Shown here: positions 29,110 through 38,084 of the stretch, one piece after another
How positions within the stretch are numbered: the first letter of the stretch is position 1
How the letters are laid out: every line of letters begins with the position of its first letter
Assembly: GCA_037968415.1 (NCBI GenBank)
Contig: JBBKVM010000136.1
Coordinates: forward strand, 4,886-68,885
Reading direction: 5' to 3'
Origin: Bacteroidia bacterium
GTDB lineage: Bacteria; Bacteroidota; Bacteroidia; AKYH767-A; JBBKVM01
DNA: 64,000 nucleotides
Notes under the pieces: model-generated
Told to the model about the DNA's origin: nothing
What the model saw: the letters and a program-made list of their open reading frames with translations, nothing else
Databases searched by the model: none
Translations under genes and position numbers: made by a program

Positions 29110-30546
29110 TTATCGGACAATAAGTTTTTGCGTGCATTGTTGCGTAACAGACTCTCTTTTAATCACATAAACACCTGCGGGAAGGGAAACAGAGATAGGA
29201 TCCATCACATTTTGGCCTGTCCACATGTTTCTTCCGTTCATATCAATCACTTCAATTTGCGTGCTCAGATTTCCAAGGGGCTTAATAGAAACAGACTCTT
29301 TGTTTGCCGGATTGGGATACATAGCCTCCTCACACAAGGCATGCGCGAGAGGTGTGCGTATGGACAAGAGCCCATTTTGATTGAGGTGCAATAACAGATA
29401 ATCGTTGTCATTGAGATAAGAAGTACCGCAAGCATAGAACCCGGAATGCCCATCGGAAATGATGCCGTAACCGATGTCAATGCCAGTGTCGCCATAATGT
29501 GTTTCCCACAAAATAGTTCCTGTGTAGTCGGTCATAAACACCACCATGTCGAGCGGCAGGCTGGGGTTGTGGCTATTTGAATAACCCGTGAAAACAAATC
29601 CACTCCCCGGCACTTCGACCGCACTAAATGCAGCATCTCCGCCAGGACCACCAGGTGTGGCGGTCCATATTTCATTGCCGGCAGTATCAATCAGCACCAG
29701 GTTGTAATCAAACATAACTCCCGGAGCGGGAACCGTTTCACCAAACATCAAATAATTACCTGACTGCGTCACAATCAGTCCCTGGCAACCATTTGCCAGG
29801 CTATCGCCATAAGTGGCATCCCACAACACATTACCAAAACTATCAGTTTTAACCAACCACAGGTCATAATCACCTGCTCCATAGCTTCGGGTATCGCCAT
29901 GTATTAAGAAGGACCCATCCGCCAATACCACCGCACTAATTGCATAGTCATTGTCACTGCCACCATAAATTTTTTCCCATTCAAAGTTACCCTGGGCGTC
30001 AAGTTTTATCATCAGCATATCATTCGCATTGGTGGGGTGAGCTCTTGATCCCACGATGATAAACCCACCATCCGCAGTTTGCCTTAATGCTTTACCTCCT
30101 TCGTTGGCAGGCGTAGCAAAGGCGTTGTTTACCAATACATTGCCTGCCGTGTCTATCTGCAAAAAAACCACATCGCTGCCTGCAGTTCCACCAATAGCTT
30201 CCCCAACAATGGCCAAACTTCCATCTGCACACAAAATAATTTCATTAGCTACTTCATCTATGTTTTTACCATAGTATTGTGTCCAAATCAGGTTGCCCAA
30301 AGTATCAGCCTTTGTCACTGTGATATCATAGGTCCCGGTGGGGGATGCATTTGAAAATCCACAAAAGTAAAGGTGGCCTGATGGTGCTAATAATACATTA
30401 CGTGCACGGTCATCAAGCGAAGTCCCCAATCGACTTTCAAAATAGGTTGCTTGACAAACACCTGAATTACAGGCCGCTAGAATACAAAAAATTCCTAAAA
30501 AAAAACGTTTCAATATTAAGGTTTTTTGGGTATTATTGTCGTCCAA
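29110..30546 (-). CDS. T9SS-secreted beta-propeller protein (SBBP-like repeats) with C-terminal sorting domain
   Basis: Six or seven ~50-aa repeats of the form ..D(T/A)xGNxxWxxxYGG... C-terminal CTD (..VSLPAGVYVIKRE..QKLIV). The track start is TTG at 30546. An in-frame TTG at 30513 gives MKRFFLGIFCILAAC. There is no in-frame ATG. Confidence 0.65.
   Translation of the reverse strand: MDDNNTQKTLILKRFFLGIFCILAACNSGVCQATYFESRLGTSLDDRARNVLLAPSGHLYFCGFSNASPTGTYDITVTKADTLGNLIWTQYYGKNIDEVANEIILCADGSLAIVGEAIGGTAGSDVVFLQIDTAGNVLVNNAFATPANEGGKALRQTADGGFIIVGSRAHPTNANDMLMIKLDAQGNFEWEKIYGGSDNDYAISAVVLADGSFLIHGDTRSYGAGDYDLWLVKTDSFGNVLWDATYGDSLANGCQGLIVTQSGNYLMFGETVPAPGVMFDYNLVLIDTAGNEIWTATPGGPGGDAAFSAVEVPGSGFVFTGYSNSHNPSLPLDMVVFMTDYTGTILWETHYGDTGIDIGYGIISDGHSGFYACGTSYLNDNDYLLLHLNQNGLLSIRTPLAHALCEEAMYPNPANKESVSIKPLGNLSTQIEVIDMNGRNMWTGQNVMDPISVSLPAGVYVIKRESVTQQCTQKLIVR
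30497..30505 (-). repeat. A9/T9 homopolymer inside the signal-peptide codons of the beta-propeller cargo gene
   Basis: Plus strand aaaaaaaaa encodes ..KRFFL.. (AAA CGT TTT TTT TTA) on the minus strand. It is the longest mononucleotide run I saw in the window. Confidence 0.9.
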
Positions 30547-30578
30547 ATATCTACAATCTTAACTTAACATTTGAAACC

Positions 30579-32462
30579 ATGAAAAAATTTACTTTTCTGT
30601 TATTAATTACTATTGCCAGCAGTGTAGCTTTTGCGCAGTCGCAAAGGTTGGTTCTTATGGAGTATTTCACACAAGCCTCTTGTGGTCCTTGTGCAACATA
30701 CAACCCCAATATCAATGCCTTGCTTGCTGCCAACCCCAACCTGGTGGTTGCGCTCAAATACCAAACTTCTTGGCCTGGATATGACCCAATGAACTTGCAC
30801 AATCCAACAGAAATCCAAAACCGTGTTTCTTATTACGGTGTTTCTGGAGTTCCGGCTGGAGTAATTGATGGCAACTATTATCAAGGACATCCAAATGGTA
30901 TAAACCAAACTTCTCTCAACACCCGTGGTGCAGTGACAAGTCCATTTACCATTGTGCTCAACCACACATTGTCTCCTGCTTTAGATGCCATCAATATTAC
31001 AGGCACAATCACTGCTACCGGTGCACTGAGCGGAAGCTATGTGGTGCGTGTAGCCGTAATCGAAAAGCAAATTTCATTCAATACTGCACCAGGTACCAAT
31101 GGAGAAAAAGTATTTCACAGTGTGATGAAAAAAATGCTGCCTACTCCAAATGGAGAGGCACTTCCTGCTACTATCAACGTAAACGACCAATTTACTATCA
31201 GCCAATCATGGCAGTTGGCCAACATCTACGACCTCAATCAGGTTGCGGTTGTTGCCTTTATACAAAACACTGCTAACAAAGAAGTGATGCAAGCAGGCTA
31301 CAGCGGTCCTCAGCAATTGGCTATTGATGCCGGTGTATCAGCTGTGACTGCAGTGCCGTTGTTCACTTGTGCGAACACAATCACACCTACTGTTACCATC
31401 AAAAACTTTGGTGCCAGTGATGTGACTTCGCTTGATATTAATTACGCAGTAAATGGTGGTGCCGTTTCTACACAACCTTGGGCCGGTACACTGGCTTCAG
31501 GCGCTACCGCCAACGTAACGCTTCCTTCTATCACTGTTCCTGCTGCTGCGTCAAATGCTTCAAACGTGAGCATTTATGTTTCAGGCACTAACGGAATCGG
31601 TGAGTTGAATCATGCTAACGACACAGCACGTAAGTCTTTTGATTACATCACCAATTATGCCATGGCCCCAGTAGCTGAAGGTTTTGTGGGTGTTCAGTTT
31701 CCTCCTGCTGATTGGATGTTGAACAATCCTGATGGTGGTGCTACCTGGTCGCGCAAAACAGCTGCCGGTGGATTTGGTGCTTCAAGCACTTGCTCTAAAA
31801 TGGATTTCTATAACAGCACCAGCGGAAACGTGGATGAACTGTACATTAAACCATTGAACTTGTCAACTGTGTCTGGTCCTTTATCATTGGTATTCAACAT
31901 GGCGTATTGCCAGTACCAAGCTGAAAACGACAGACTGGAAGTACAGGTATCTACCAACTGCGGTGCAAGCTGGAATACAGCATTCACCAAGCAAGGTGCC
32001 GCTATGTCTACAGCACCTGCACAAACGGCATCATTCACTCCAAACGCTACACAATGGCGTGGAGAAATGGTAGACCTTACAACCTACCTGGGTCAAACAG
32101 AAGTATTGATTCGATTTAAAGCCACCAGCGCTTATGGCAACAATATGTACATTGACGATATCAATGTGGCCAACGTAACAGGTGTAAATGATTTGGCTAA
32201 CACTGCCGTGAACTTCAACATATACCCTGTGCCCGTAACCGAGAAAGCTACTATCTCTTTTGAACTGAAAGAAAAATCAAAAGTGGAGATTGCTATGATT
32301 AACAATTTGGGCGAAACAGTGATAGTGAATTCATTAGGTAATGTATCGGCAGGTAAACATGCTCACAGCATGAATGTATCTGAATTACCTGCAGGCATTT
32401 ATTTTATGACCCTTACTACAGGCAACCAATCTGTAACACGCAAAATCGCTGTTGCACGATAA
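30579..32462 (+). CDS. Omp28-related CxxC protein fused to a T9SS C-terminal sorting domain
   Basis: Start at ATG 30579 (MKKFTFLLLITIASSVAFAQ). The track start at 30345 overlaps the divergent gene. N-terminal LMEYFTQASCGPCATYNP is a thioredoxin-like CxxC context, paralogous to VLVEDYTGHTCGNCP of the gene at 34756. C-terminal type-A CTD (..NFNIYPVPVTEKATISFEL..GIYFMTLTTGNQSVTRKIAV). Confidence 0.6.
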   Translation: MKKFTFLLLITIASSVAFAQSQRLVLMEYFTQASCGPCATYNPNINALLAANPNLVVALKYQTSWPGYDPMNLHNPTEIQNRVSYYGVSGVPAGVIDGNYYQGHPNGINQTSLNTRGAVTSPFTIVLNHTLSPALDAINITGTITATGALSGSYVVRVAVIEKQISFNTAPGTNGEKVFHSVMKKMLPTPNGEALPATINVNDQFTISQSWQLANIYDLNQVAVVAFIQNTANKEVMQAGYSGPQQLAIDAGVSAVTAVPLFTCANTITPTVTIKNFGASDVTSLDINYAVNGGAVSTQPWAGTLASGATANVTLPSITVPAAASNASNVSIYVSGTNGIGELNHANDTARKSFDYITNYAMAPVAEGFVGVQFPPADWMLNNPDGGATWSRKTAAGGFGASSTCSKMDFYNSTSGNVDELYIKPLNLSTVSGPLSLVFNMAYCQYQAENDRLEVQVSTNCGASWNTAFTKQGAAMSTAPAQTASFTPNATQWRGEMVDLTTYLGQTEVLIRFKATSAYGNNMYIDDINVANVTGVNDLANTAVNFNIYPVPVTEKATISFELKEKSKVEIAMINNLGETVIVNSLGNVSAGKHAHSMNVSELPAGIYFMTLTTGNQSVTRKIAVAR

Positions 32463-32486
32463 GGCCAACTGATTTTTAAATATATT

Positions 32487-32537
32487 AAATCAGCAGTTTG
32501 GTGCAATTTTTGATACCAAACTGCTGATTTCTTTTTA
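32487..32537 (+). terminator. Strong rho-independent terminator (16-bp perfect stem)
   Basis: AAATCAGCAGTTTGGT-gcaatttttgat-ACCAAACTGCTGATTT followed by CTTTTTAT. Confidence 0.7.
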
Positions 32538-32560
32538 TACAACACTTACCAAATATTGAC

Positions 32561-33082
32561 ATGAACAGAATTACAATTTTAGTGCTCTCATTGATGCTGG
32601 TATGCGCGACTGCTGCCACTGCGCAAGATGGTTTGAAACAACTTCCACAGATTAACATCAAAACCATGGCAAACAAAAACATTAATACGGCTTCGTTTGA
32701 GAATGATGGCAATCCGATAGTGGTTAGTTTCTGGGCCACATGGTGTAAGCCTTGTGTGAGCGAACTTACGGCAATGGCCGAATTATATGATCAGTGGCAG
32801 AAAGAAACCGGTGTGAAAATTATTGCCGTGTCAATTGACGATGCCCGAAATATGGCCAAAGTAGCACCATTTGTCAATGGCAAAGACTGGTATTACGAAG
32901 TTTACATTGACCCCAATAGCGACTTCCGCAGATCTATGAATGTAAACGTAATACCACACACATTTTTATTAAACAGCGAAAAAGAAATTGTTTGGCAACA
33001 CAACTCTTATGCTCCTGGTGATGAACTTAAACTTTATGAAAACATCAAAAAGCTAAAAGAGGGTAAACCTATAACCGAATAA
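32561..33082 (+). CDS. TlpA-like periplasmic thiol:disulfide oxidoreductase (thioredoxin fold)
   Basis: 173 aa. Signal peptide. WATWCKPCVSELTAM matches the TlpA/ResA WCxxC active site. Confidence 0.8.
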   Translation: MNRITILVLSLMLVCATAATAQDGLKQLPQINIKTMANKNINTASFENDGNPIVVSFWATWCKPCVSELTAMAELYDQWQKETGVKIIAVSIDDARNMAKVAPFVNGKDWYYEVYIDPNSDFRRSMNVNVIPHTFLLNSEKEIVWQHNSYAPGDELKLYENIKKLKEGKPITE

Positions 33083-33104
33083 CCGCTCACAAACCCTAAT
33101 TATT

Positions 33105-34724
33105 TTGAAACCAAATTACGCATTGGCCCTGGTGGCCTCACTTTTTATTTCGTTCCAATCTCAAGCACAAATAGCCGGTGGCTCGATTAGCGGTAATTTC
33201 CAAACGGATGTGCAGTACTACATAGAAGACACAATCATAGGCGTACCCGATGTGCCTGAAACCATGCTCATGAATGGGTTTGCCAATGTGATCTATAGCA
33301 AGGATAAGTTCTCTGCAGGCCTTCGTTATGAATCGTATTTGAACCCACTGTTGGGGTTTGATTCGCGCTACAAAGGTGCCGGCATTGTATACAGGTATGC
33401 TACTTACGAGTACGAAGGGCTCGAAGTAACTGCAGGTAGTTTTTATGAGCAATTCGGAAATGGAATGATTTTGAGAAGCTACGAGGAGCGTGGGCTGGGA
33501 TTTGACAATGCACTGGATGGCATTCGATTGAAATACAAACCGGTATCAGGCCTTTATCTCAAAGGATTTATTGCGCGTCAGCGTTCGTTTTTTGCCTACG
33601 GCCCTGGCATTGTGCGCGGATTTGATGCCGAACTGGCGTTGAATGAGGCTTTTGCAAAACTGAGTGAACGCAACACCAACATTACAGTGGGTGGGAGTGT
33701 GGTAAGCAAATTTCAAAAAGATGAAGATCCTTTGTACCGCTTGCCCGAAAACGTGGCCGCCTTTTCCGGCCGCACCACCATCACGCGCGGCAAGGTCGCG
33801 CTGAATGGAGAATATGCTTACAAAATTAATGACCCACAATTTGTGAATGACCGCATTTACCGCAATGGCCAGGCCCTGCTGGTCTCTGCATCTTATTCAC
33901 AAAGAGGTATGGGCCTGATCCTTAGCGCCAAGCGCGTGGACAATATGAACTTCCGATCGGACAGAAACTCTTTTGGCAACGACCTCGGATTAAACTACTT
34001 ACCCGCCCTCACCCGCCAACACACCTACACACTTGCCACCGTTTATCCCTACGCCACCCAGCCCAATGGCGAAATGGCCGCACAAGGCGAATTCACCTAT
34101 AAGTTCAAACCTTCAACCACATTGGGAGGTAAGAATGGCACTGCTTTGTTTATCAATTTTTCACGAGTCAACAGCATCGATACCATAAACTATAACGACC
34201 CCCGCGGTTACAAATCAGATTTCTTCGCGGTGGGTGATGAAATTTATTATCAGGAACTGAGCGTGGATGTGACCAAAAAACTGACTGACAAACTGAAACT
34301 CAGCGTGAGTGCCATGGATGTAATTTATAACAAAGGCGTAGTGGAAAAACCGGGGGAACCCATCGTCTATGCCAACATTGGCATAATCGACCTCACCTGG
34401 AAAATAAGGCCTACCCGCACCCTACGCACCGAGATTCAACACCTCTACACCGAACAGGACAAAGGCAACTGGGCCATGTTGTTGTTTGAATATTCAGCAG
34501 CTCCTCACTGGTTTATCACCGTTTTTGACGATTACAATTATGGAAATGATGTGATAGAAAAACAAATTCATTACGCCACTGCGGGCATCACCTATGTGAA
34601 AAGTGCCAATCGGTTTTCGCTCACATACGGCAGACAAAAAGAAGGCATCTTTTGTGTGGGTGGAGTATGCCGCAACGTACCTGCCACCAATGGATTCTCG
34701 TTTACGGTAACCAGCAGTTTTTAG
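33105..34724 (+). CDS. Outer-membrane beta-barrel protein of unknown function (DUF6029-like)
   Basis: 539 aa. Signal peptide. Alternating aromatic beta-strand pattern. C-terminal ..CVGGVCRNVPATNGFSFTVTSSF with a terminal Phe. The family assignment is from memory of the C-terminal signature only. Confidence 0.5.
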   Translation: MKPNYALALVASLFISFQSQAQIAGGSISGNFQTDVQYYIEDTIIGVPDVPETMLMNGFANVIYSKDKFSAGLRYESYLNPLLGFDSRYKGAGIVYRYATYEYEGLEVTAGSFYEQFGNGMILRSYEERGLGFDNALDGIRLKYKPVSGLYLKGFIARQRSFFAYGPGIVRGFDAELALNEAFAKLSERNTNITVGGSVVSKFQKDEDPLYRLPENVAAFSGRTTITRGKVALNGEYAYKINDPQFVNDRIYRNGQALLVSASYSQRGMGLILSAKRVDNMNFRSDRNSFGNDLGLNYLPALTRQHTYTLATVYPYATQPNGEMAAQGEFTYKFKPSTTLGGKNGTALFINFSRVNSIDTINYNDPRGYKSDFFAVGDEIYYQELSVDVTKKLTDKLKLSVSAMDVIYNKGVVEKPGEPIVYANIGIIDLTWKIRPTRTLRTEIQHLYTEQDKGNWAMLLFEYSAAPHWFITVFDDYNYGNDVIEKQIHYATAGITYVKSANRFSLTYGRQKEGIFCVGGVCRNVPATNGFSFTVTSSF

Positions 34725-34755
34725 TAAATTACATTTTGAAAAAATATTACAACCA

Positions 34756-35631
34756 ATGAACAAGTTGACAAGAATGATCGCATTGATTGCGGTTATCGTT
34801 CTCTCTTCATGCGACAAAATTGATGCTCCTTACTTTGACGATATCATTACAGGGCCTACCGACACCACTCAATTTGTTCGCAAAGTATTGGTGGAAGATT
34901 ACACAGGACACACGTGTGGCAATTGCCCTAAAGCAGCCGAAGAAGCAGATGCCATTGCTCAATTGTATGGAAATAAAGTAGTGTTGATGGCTGTGCATGC
35001 AGGTTTTTTTGCCGTTCCTGCACCCCCCGCTCCATTGCCATCGGGCGCTCCTACCGGTTCGTTTGCTACTGATTTTAGAACTACCGCAGGTGATATATAT
35101 GATGGCCAACAATATTTTGGAATATCGAACATTGGTAATCCCAATGGAATGGTGAACCGTAAAAAAGTCAACAACAATTATGTGGTGAGTTATACCAACT
35201 GGGGCGCGCAAGTTGCAGCATTGCTGGCTACGGCACCTCAGGTAGGCACGAACCTTTCCGCTGATTACAATACCACCACCCGCACAGCAAACATCACTTT
35301 GACCACGCGCGTTCTTTCCCCTCTGACATCCAGTTTTAAAGTAGTAGCATGTATCACCGAGAGCAACATTATTACCTGGCAACGTGATGACCGGCTAACC
35401 AACCGCAACGTGCCCGACTACAATCACAAACATATACTGAGGGCCAATATTAACGGAACCTGGGGTGACGACATAGTTTCCGCCTCCAATGCCGTAGGCA
35501 CTGATGTAACGACTACTTTCACCTATTCACTTCCTGCTAACTTCAATGAGAATAATTGTTCGGTGGTGATTTACATTTACGACACCACCTCGCTTGAAGT
35601 GATACAAGCAGATGAAGTAAAATTAAAATGA
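34756..35631 (+). CDS. Omp28-related outer-membrane lipoprotein with thioredoxin-like CxxC
   Basis: 291 aa. Lipobox VLSSC. VLVEDYTGHTCGNCP motif. Confidence 0.55.
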   Translation: MNKLTRMIALIAVIVLSSCDKIDAPYFDDIITGPTDTTQFVRKVLVEDYTGHTCGNCPKAAEEADAIAQLYGNKVVLMAVHAGFFAVPAPPAPLPSGAPTGSFATDFRTTAGDIYDGQQYFGISNIGNPNGMVNRKKVNNNYVVSYTNWGAQVAALLATAPQVGTNLSADYNTTTRTANITLTTRVLSPLTSSFKVVACITESNIITWQRDDRLTNRNVPDYNHKHILRANINGTWGDDIVSASNAVGTDVTTTFTYSLPANFNENNCSVVIYIYDTTSLEVIQADEVKLK

Positions 35632-35642
35632 TGCTGTTCTGA

Positions 35643-36254
35643 ATGCGAATAATTGTCCTGTTCTTTTCAATGATATTCACTATGTGGGCTGCTCAGGCGC
35701 AGCGATTCGATGCAGGTGCGATAGCAGGTGCGAGCACTTCACAGGTATCGGGCGACAGACTAGCCGGATACGATAAAGTGGGCCTGAATTTGGGTGGGTT
35801 TGTGGTTACATCATTCAGCGATAAAATTAGTTTTGGTTTTGAACTCACTTACATTCAAAAGGGCAGCCGAAAAAATTCGAAGCCTGAACAGGGTGATTTC
35901 ACAGCATATCTGCTCAAACTCAATTATGCAGAAGTACCAATGCTTGTTAAGTTTCGTTACAACAATCGGTTTGAATTTGAAGCAGGACCCTCAATTGGCG
36001 TATTGCTAGGTTCGAAAGAAGAAGATGAAAACGGCACAATACCTGTGCAAATAGCCTTCGAAAAATATGATCTGTCACTGGCCGCTGGAATGAATTATTA
36101 TTTCACTGACAACTTGTTCCTCAACTCCCGCATTTCGAATTCTATATTGCCGGTACGTCCGCATGAGTCAGGAGCTGTATCAGGATTCAACAGAGGTCAG
36201 TACAATTCGGTACTCGCATTTACACTTCGGTATCAGTTTAACAAAGCTGAGTAA
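35643..36254 (+). CDS. Small outer-membrane beta-barrel (PorT/OmpA-like porin family)
   Basis: 203 aa. Signal peptide ..AAQAQ. About 8 amphipathic strands. C-terminal ..RYQF. Confidence 0.5.
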   Translation: MRIIVLFFSMIFTMWAAQAQRFDAGAIAGASTSQVSGDRLAGYDKVGLNLGGFVVTSFSDKISFGFELTYIQKGSRKNSKPEQGDFTAYLLKLNYAEVPMLVKFRYNNRFEFEAGPSIGVLLGSKEEDENGTIPVQIAFEKYDLSLAAGMNYYFTDNLFLNSRISNSILPVRPHESGAVSGFNRGQYNSVLAFTLRYQFNKAE

Positions 36255-36265
36255 AACAAAAACTC

Positions 36266-36832
36266 ATGGAACAAAAACACAAAATAATTGTTTCTGTATC
36301 TGGCGCCAGTGGAGCGATATACGCACGTAGCCTATTTGAAAGACTGGCATCATTAAAAGATCAGATCGAGGCGGTAGGTGTGGTGATGTCGGACAATGCA
36401 AAGCAAGTATGGACACACGAATTGGGTGAAGCGAAGTATGATGATTATGGATTTACATTTTACGACAAGCGCGACTTCATGGCACCGTTTGCTTCCGGTT
36501 CTGCACGTTATGGCACTATGATTATTTGTCCATGTTCCATGGGTACACTAGGTCGCATTGCGGCAGGAATTTCAGATGATTTAGTAACGCGCGCTGCTGA
36601 CGTGATACTAAAAGAAAGACGCAAATTAGTTCTTGTCACACGAGACACACCGCTCAACCTGATTCATATTGAAAACATGCGTAATGTTACGCTTGCAGGT
36701 GGAATCATTTGCCCGGCAACACCTTCGTTTTACAGTCACCCAAAAACCTTGGATGATGTAGCCAAGACTGTTGTGGATAGGGTAATTGATTTATGTGGGC
36801 TAGAAAACAACTCCTATCGCTGGGGTAGCTGA
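36266..36832 (+). CDS. ubiX: Flavin prenyltransferase UbiX
   Basis: 188 aa. KIIVSVSGASGAIYA..MIICPCSMGTLGRIAAGISDDL is the typical UbiX/Pad1 flavoprotein pattern. Confidence 0.88.
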   Translation: MEQKHKIIVSVSGASGAIYARSLFERLASLKDQIEAVGVVMSDNAKQVWTHELGEAKYDDYGFTFYDKRDFMAPFASGSARYGTMIICPCSMGTLGRIAAGISDDLVTRAADVILKERRKLVLVTRDTPLNLIHIENMRNVTLAGGIICPATPSFYSHPKTLDDVAKTVVDRVIDLCGLENNSYRWGS

Positions 36833-36946
36833 TAAACAAAGTATTGAAAATGAACGTGTTGTAAGTTTTAATATCAATTTAACATCTATTGGACAATTAA
36901 TCACATATATTGTTGTTCAATATAATACCAACAGTAGTAAAGTAAA

Positions 36947-37135
36947 ATGCTAGAATACTCAAAGGAAATCCTTCTCAAAGTTAGTTTCGATAAAGTACTC
37001 TTCACCAAAGAACTTGGCAAAGCAATCAAGTGGTTAAAAAATGATGAACAACGTGTGTTAATGATGTGGTGCCTTGCCACTTTTGGGGCAAAGTATTCCG
37101 ATGTTATCATCAGCATGTTCAGGAGAGCTTACTAA
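36947..37135 (+). CDS. Hypothetical small protein (62 aa)
   Basis: The only ORF in an otherwise empty ~290-nt gap. Its 3' end overlaps the convergent queG stop. No recognisable motif. May be spurious. Confidence 0.2.
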   Translation: MLEYSKEILLKVSFDKVLFTKELGKAIKWLKNDEQRVLMMWCLATFGAKYSDVIISMFRRAY

Positions 37136-38048
37136 TATAACTTACATTTCTTTTCATACCTGCAGCACCCGTGCGGGACAATGCCGAAGTTCCAAATTTC
37201 TCTTTAAAAATTTCCTCCGTTAACTCAAGCCAGTCGCTGGTTTTCATTTGTTGCAATGATTCGTTTGCAGCAAACTCCTTTTCGTTCGTGGGTTTTGAGA
37301 ACCGATTCCACGGGCACACATCCTGACAAATATCACAGCCAAACACCCACTTGCCAAACTTTTCAGGCTCAGGATAGGGAATCTGATCTTTGAGTTCGAT
37401 GGTAAAATAAGATATGCATTTACTACCATCTACCACATAGGGTTCAACAATTGCCTGCGTGGGACAAGCATCTATGCAGCGCGTGCAGGTGCCGCAAAAA
37501 TTCTGCGCGTGTGCATCGTACTCTAATTCCAGGTCAATTATAAGTTCAGCGATAAAGAAAAAACTTCCACTTTGCTTGTTGAGTAGATTGGAATTTTTCC
37601 CGACCCAGCCAAGGCCACTGCGCGCGGCCCATACTTTATCCATCACTGGGGCACTGTCTACAAACACACGGCCACCCACTTCTCCAATCTCTGATCTGAG
37701 GGTGTGCATCATTTCTTGCAGCTTTGTTTTTATCACAGAGTGATAGTCATTGCCATAAGCATATTTAGAAATTTTCAGCGCCTCATTCCCCGATTCGTTT
37801 TCGGGAAAATAATTCAACAACAACGATACTACACTTTTGGCTCCTTCAACCAGTTTGGTGGGATCCAATCGTTTGTCGAAATGATTCGCCATGTAATGCA
37901 TCTCACCATGCATGCCTTTGCTAAGCCACTCCTCCAGCCGTACAGCTTCTGGTTCCAAAAATTCTGCACGCGAAATACCACATGCCATAAATCCCAACCG
38001 CGCAGCTTCATCTTTGATGATGCGTGTGTGTCGGGCCTTATTGTTCAT
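37119..38048 (-). CDS. queG: tRNA epoxyqueuosine(34) reductase
   Basis: Two ferredoxin-like Cys clusters [12 protein letters not shown] and [11 protein letters not shown]. Start moved from the track's TTG (38075) to ATG 38048 (MNNKARH..). Confidence 0.85.
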   Translation of the reverse strand: MNNKARHTRIIKDEAARLGFMACGISRAEFLEPEAVRLEEWLSKGMHGEMHYMANHFDKRLDPTKLVEGAKSVVSLLLNYFPENESGNEALKISKYAYGNDYHSVIKTKLQEMMHTLRSEIGEVGGRVFVDSAPVMDKVWAARSGLGWVGKNSNLLNKQSGSFFFIAELIIDLELEYDAHAQNFCGTCTRCIDACPTQAIVEPYVVDGSKCISYFTIELKDQIPYPEPEKFGKWVFGCDICQDVCPWNRFSKPTNEKEFAANESLQQMKTSDWLELTEEIFKEKFGTSALSRTGAAGMKRNVSYISKLS

Positions 38049-38084
38049 AATGAAAGGATGTGAATGCCTAAGCAAGTTGTTGCA

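Noticed and set aside
30345-30578. Track start of the 705-aa plus-strand ORF at 30345
   Set aside because: It overlaps the divergent propeller gene by about 200 nt. The ATG at 30579 is followed by a canonical signal peptide (MKKFTFLLLITIASSVAFAQ), so the real gene begins there.
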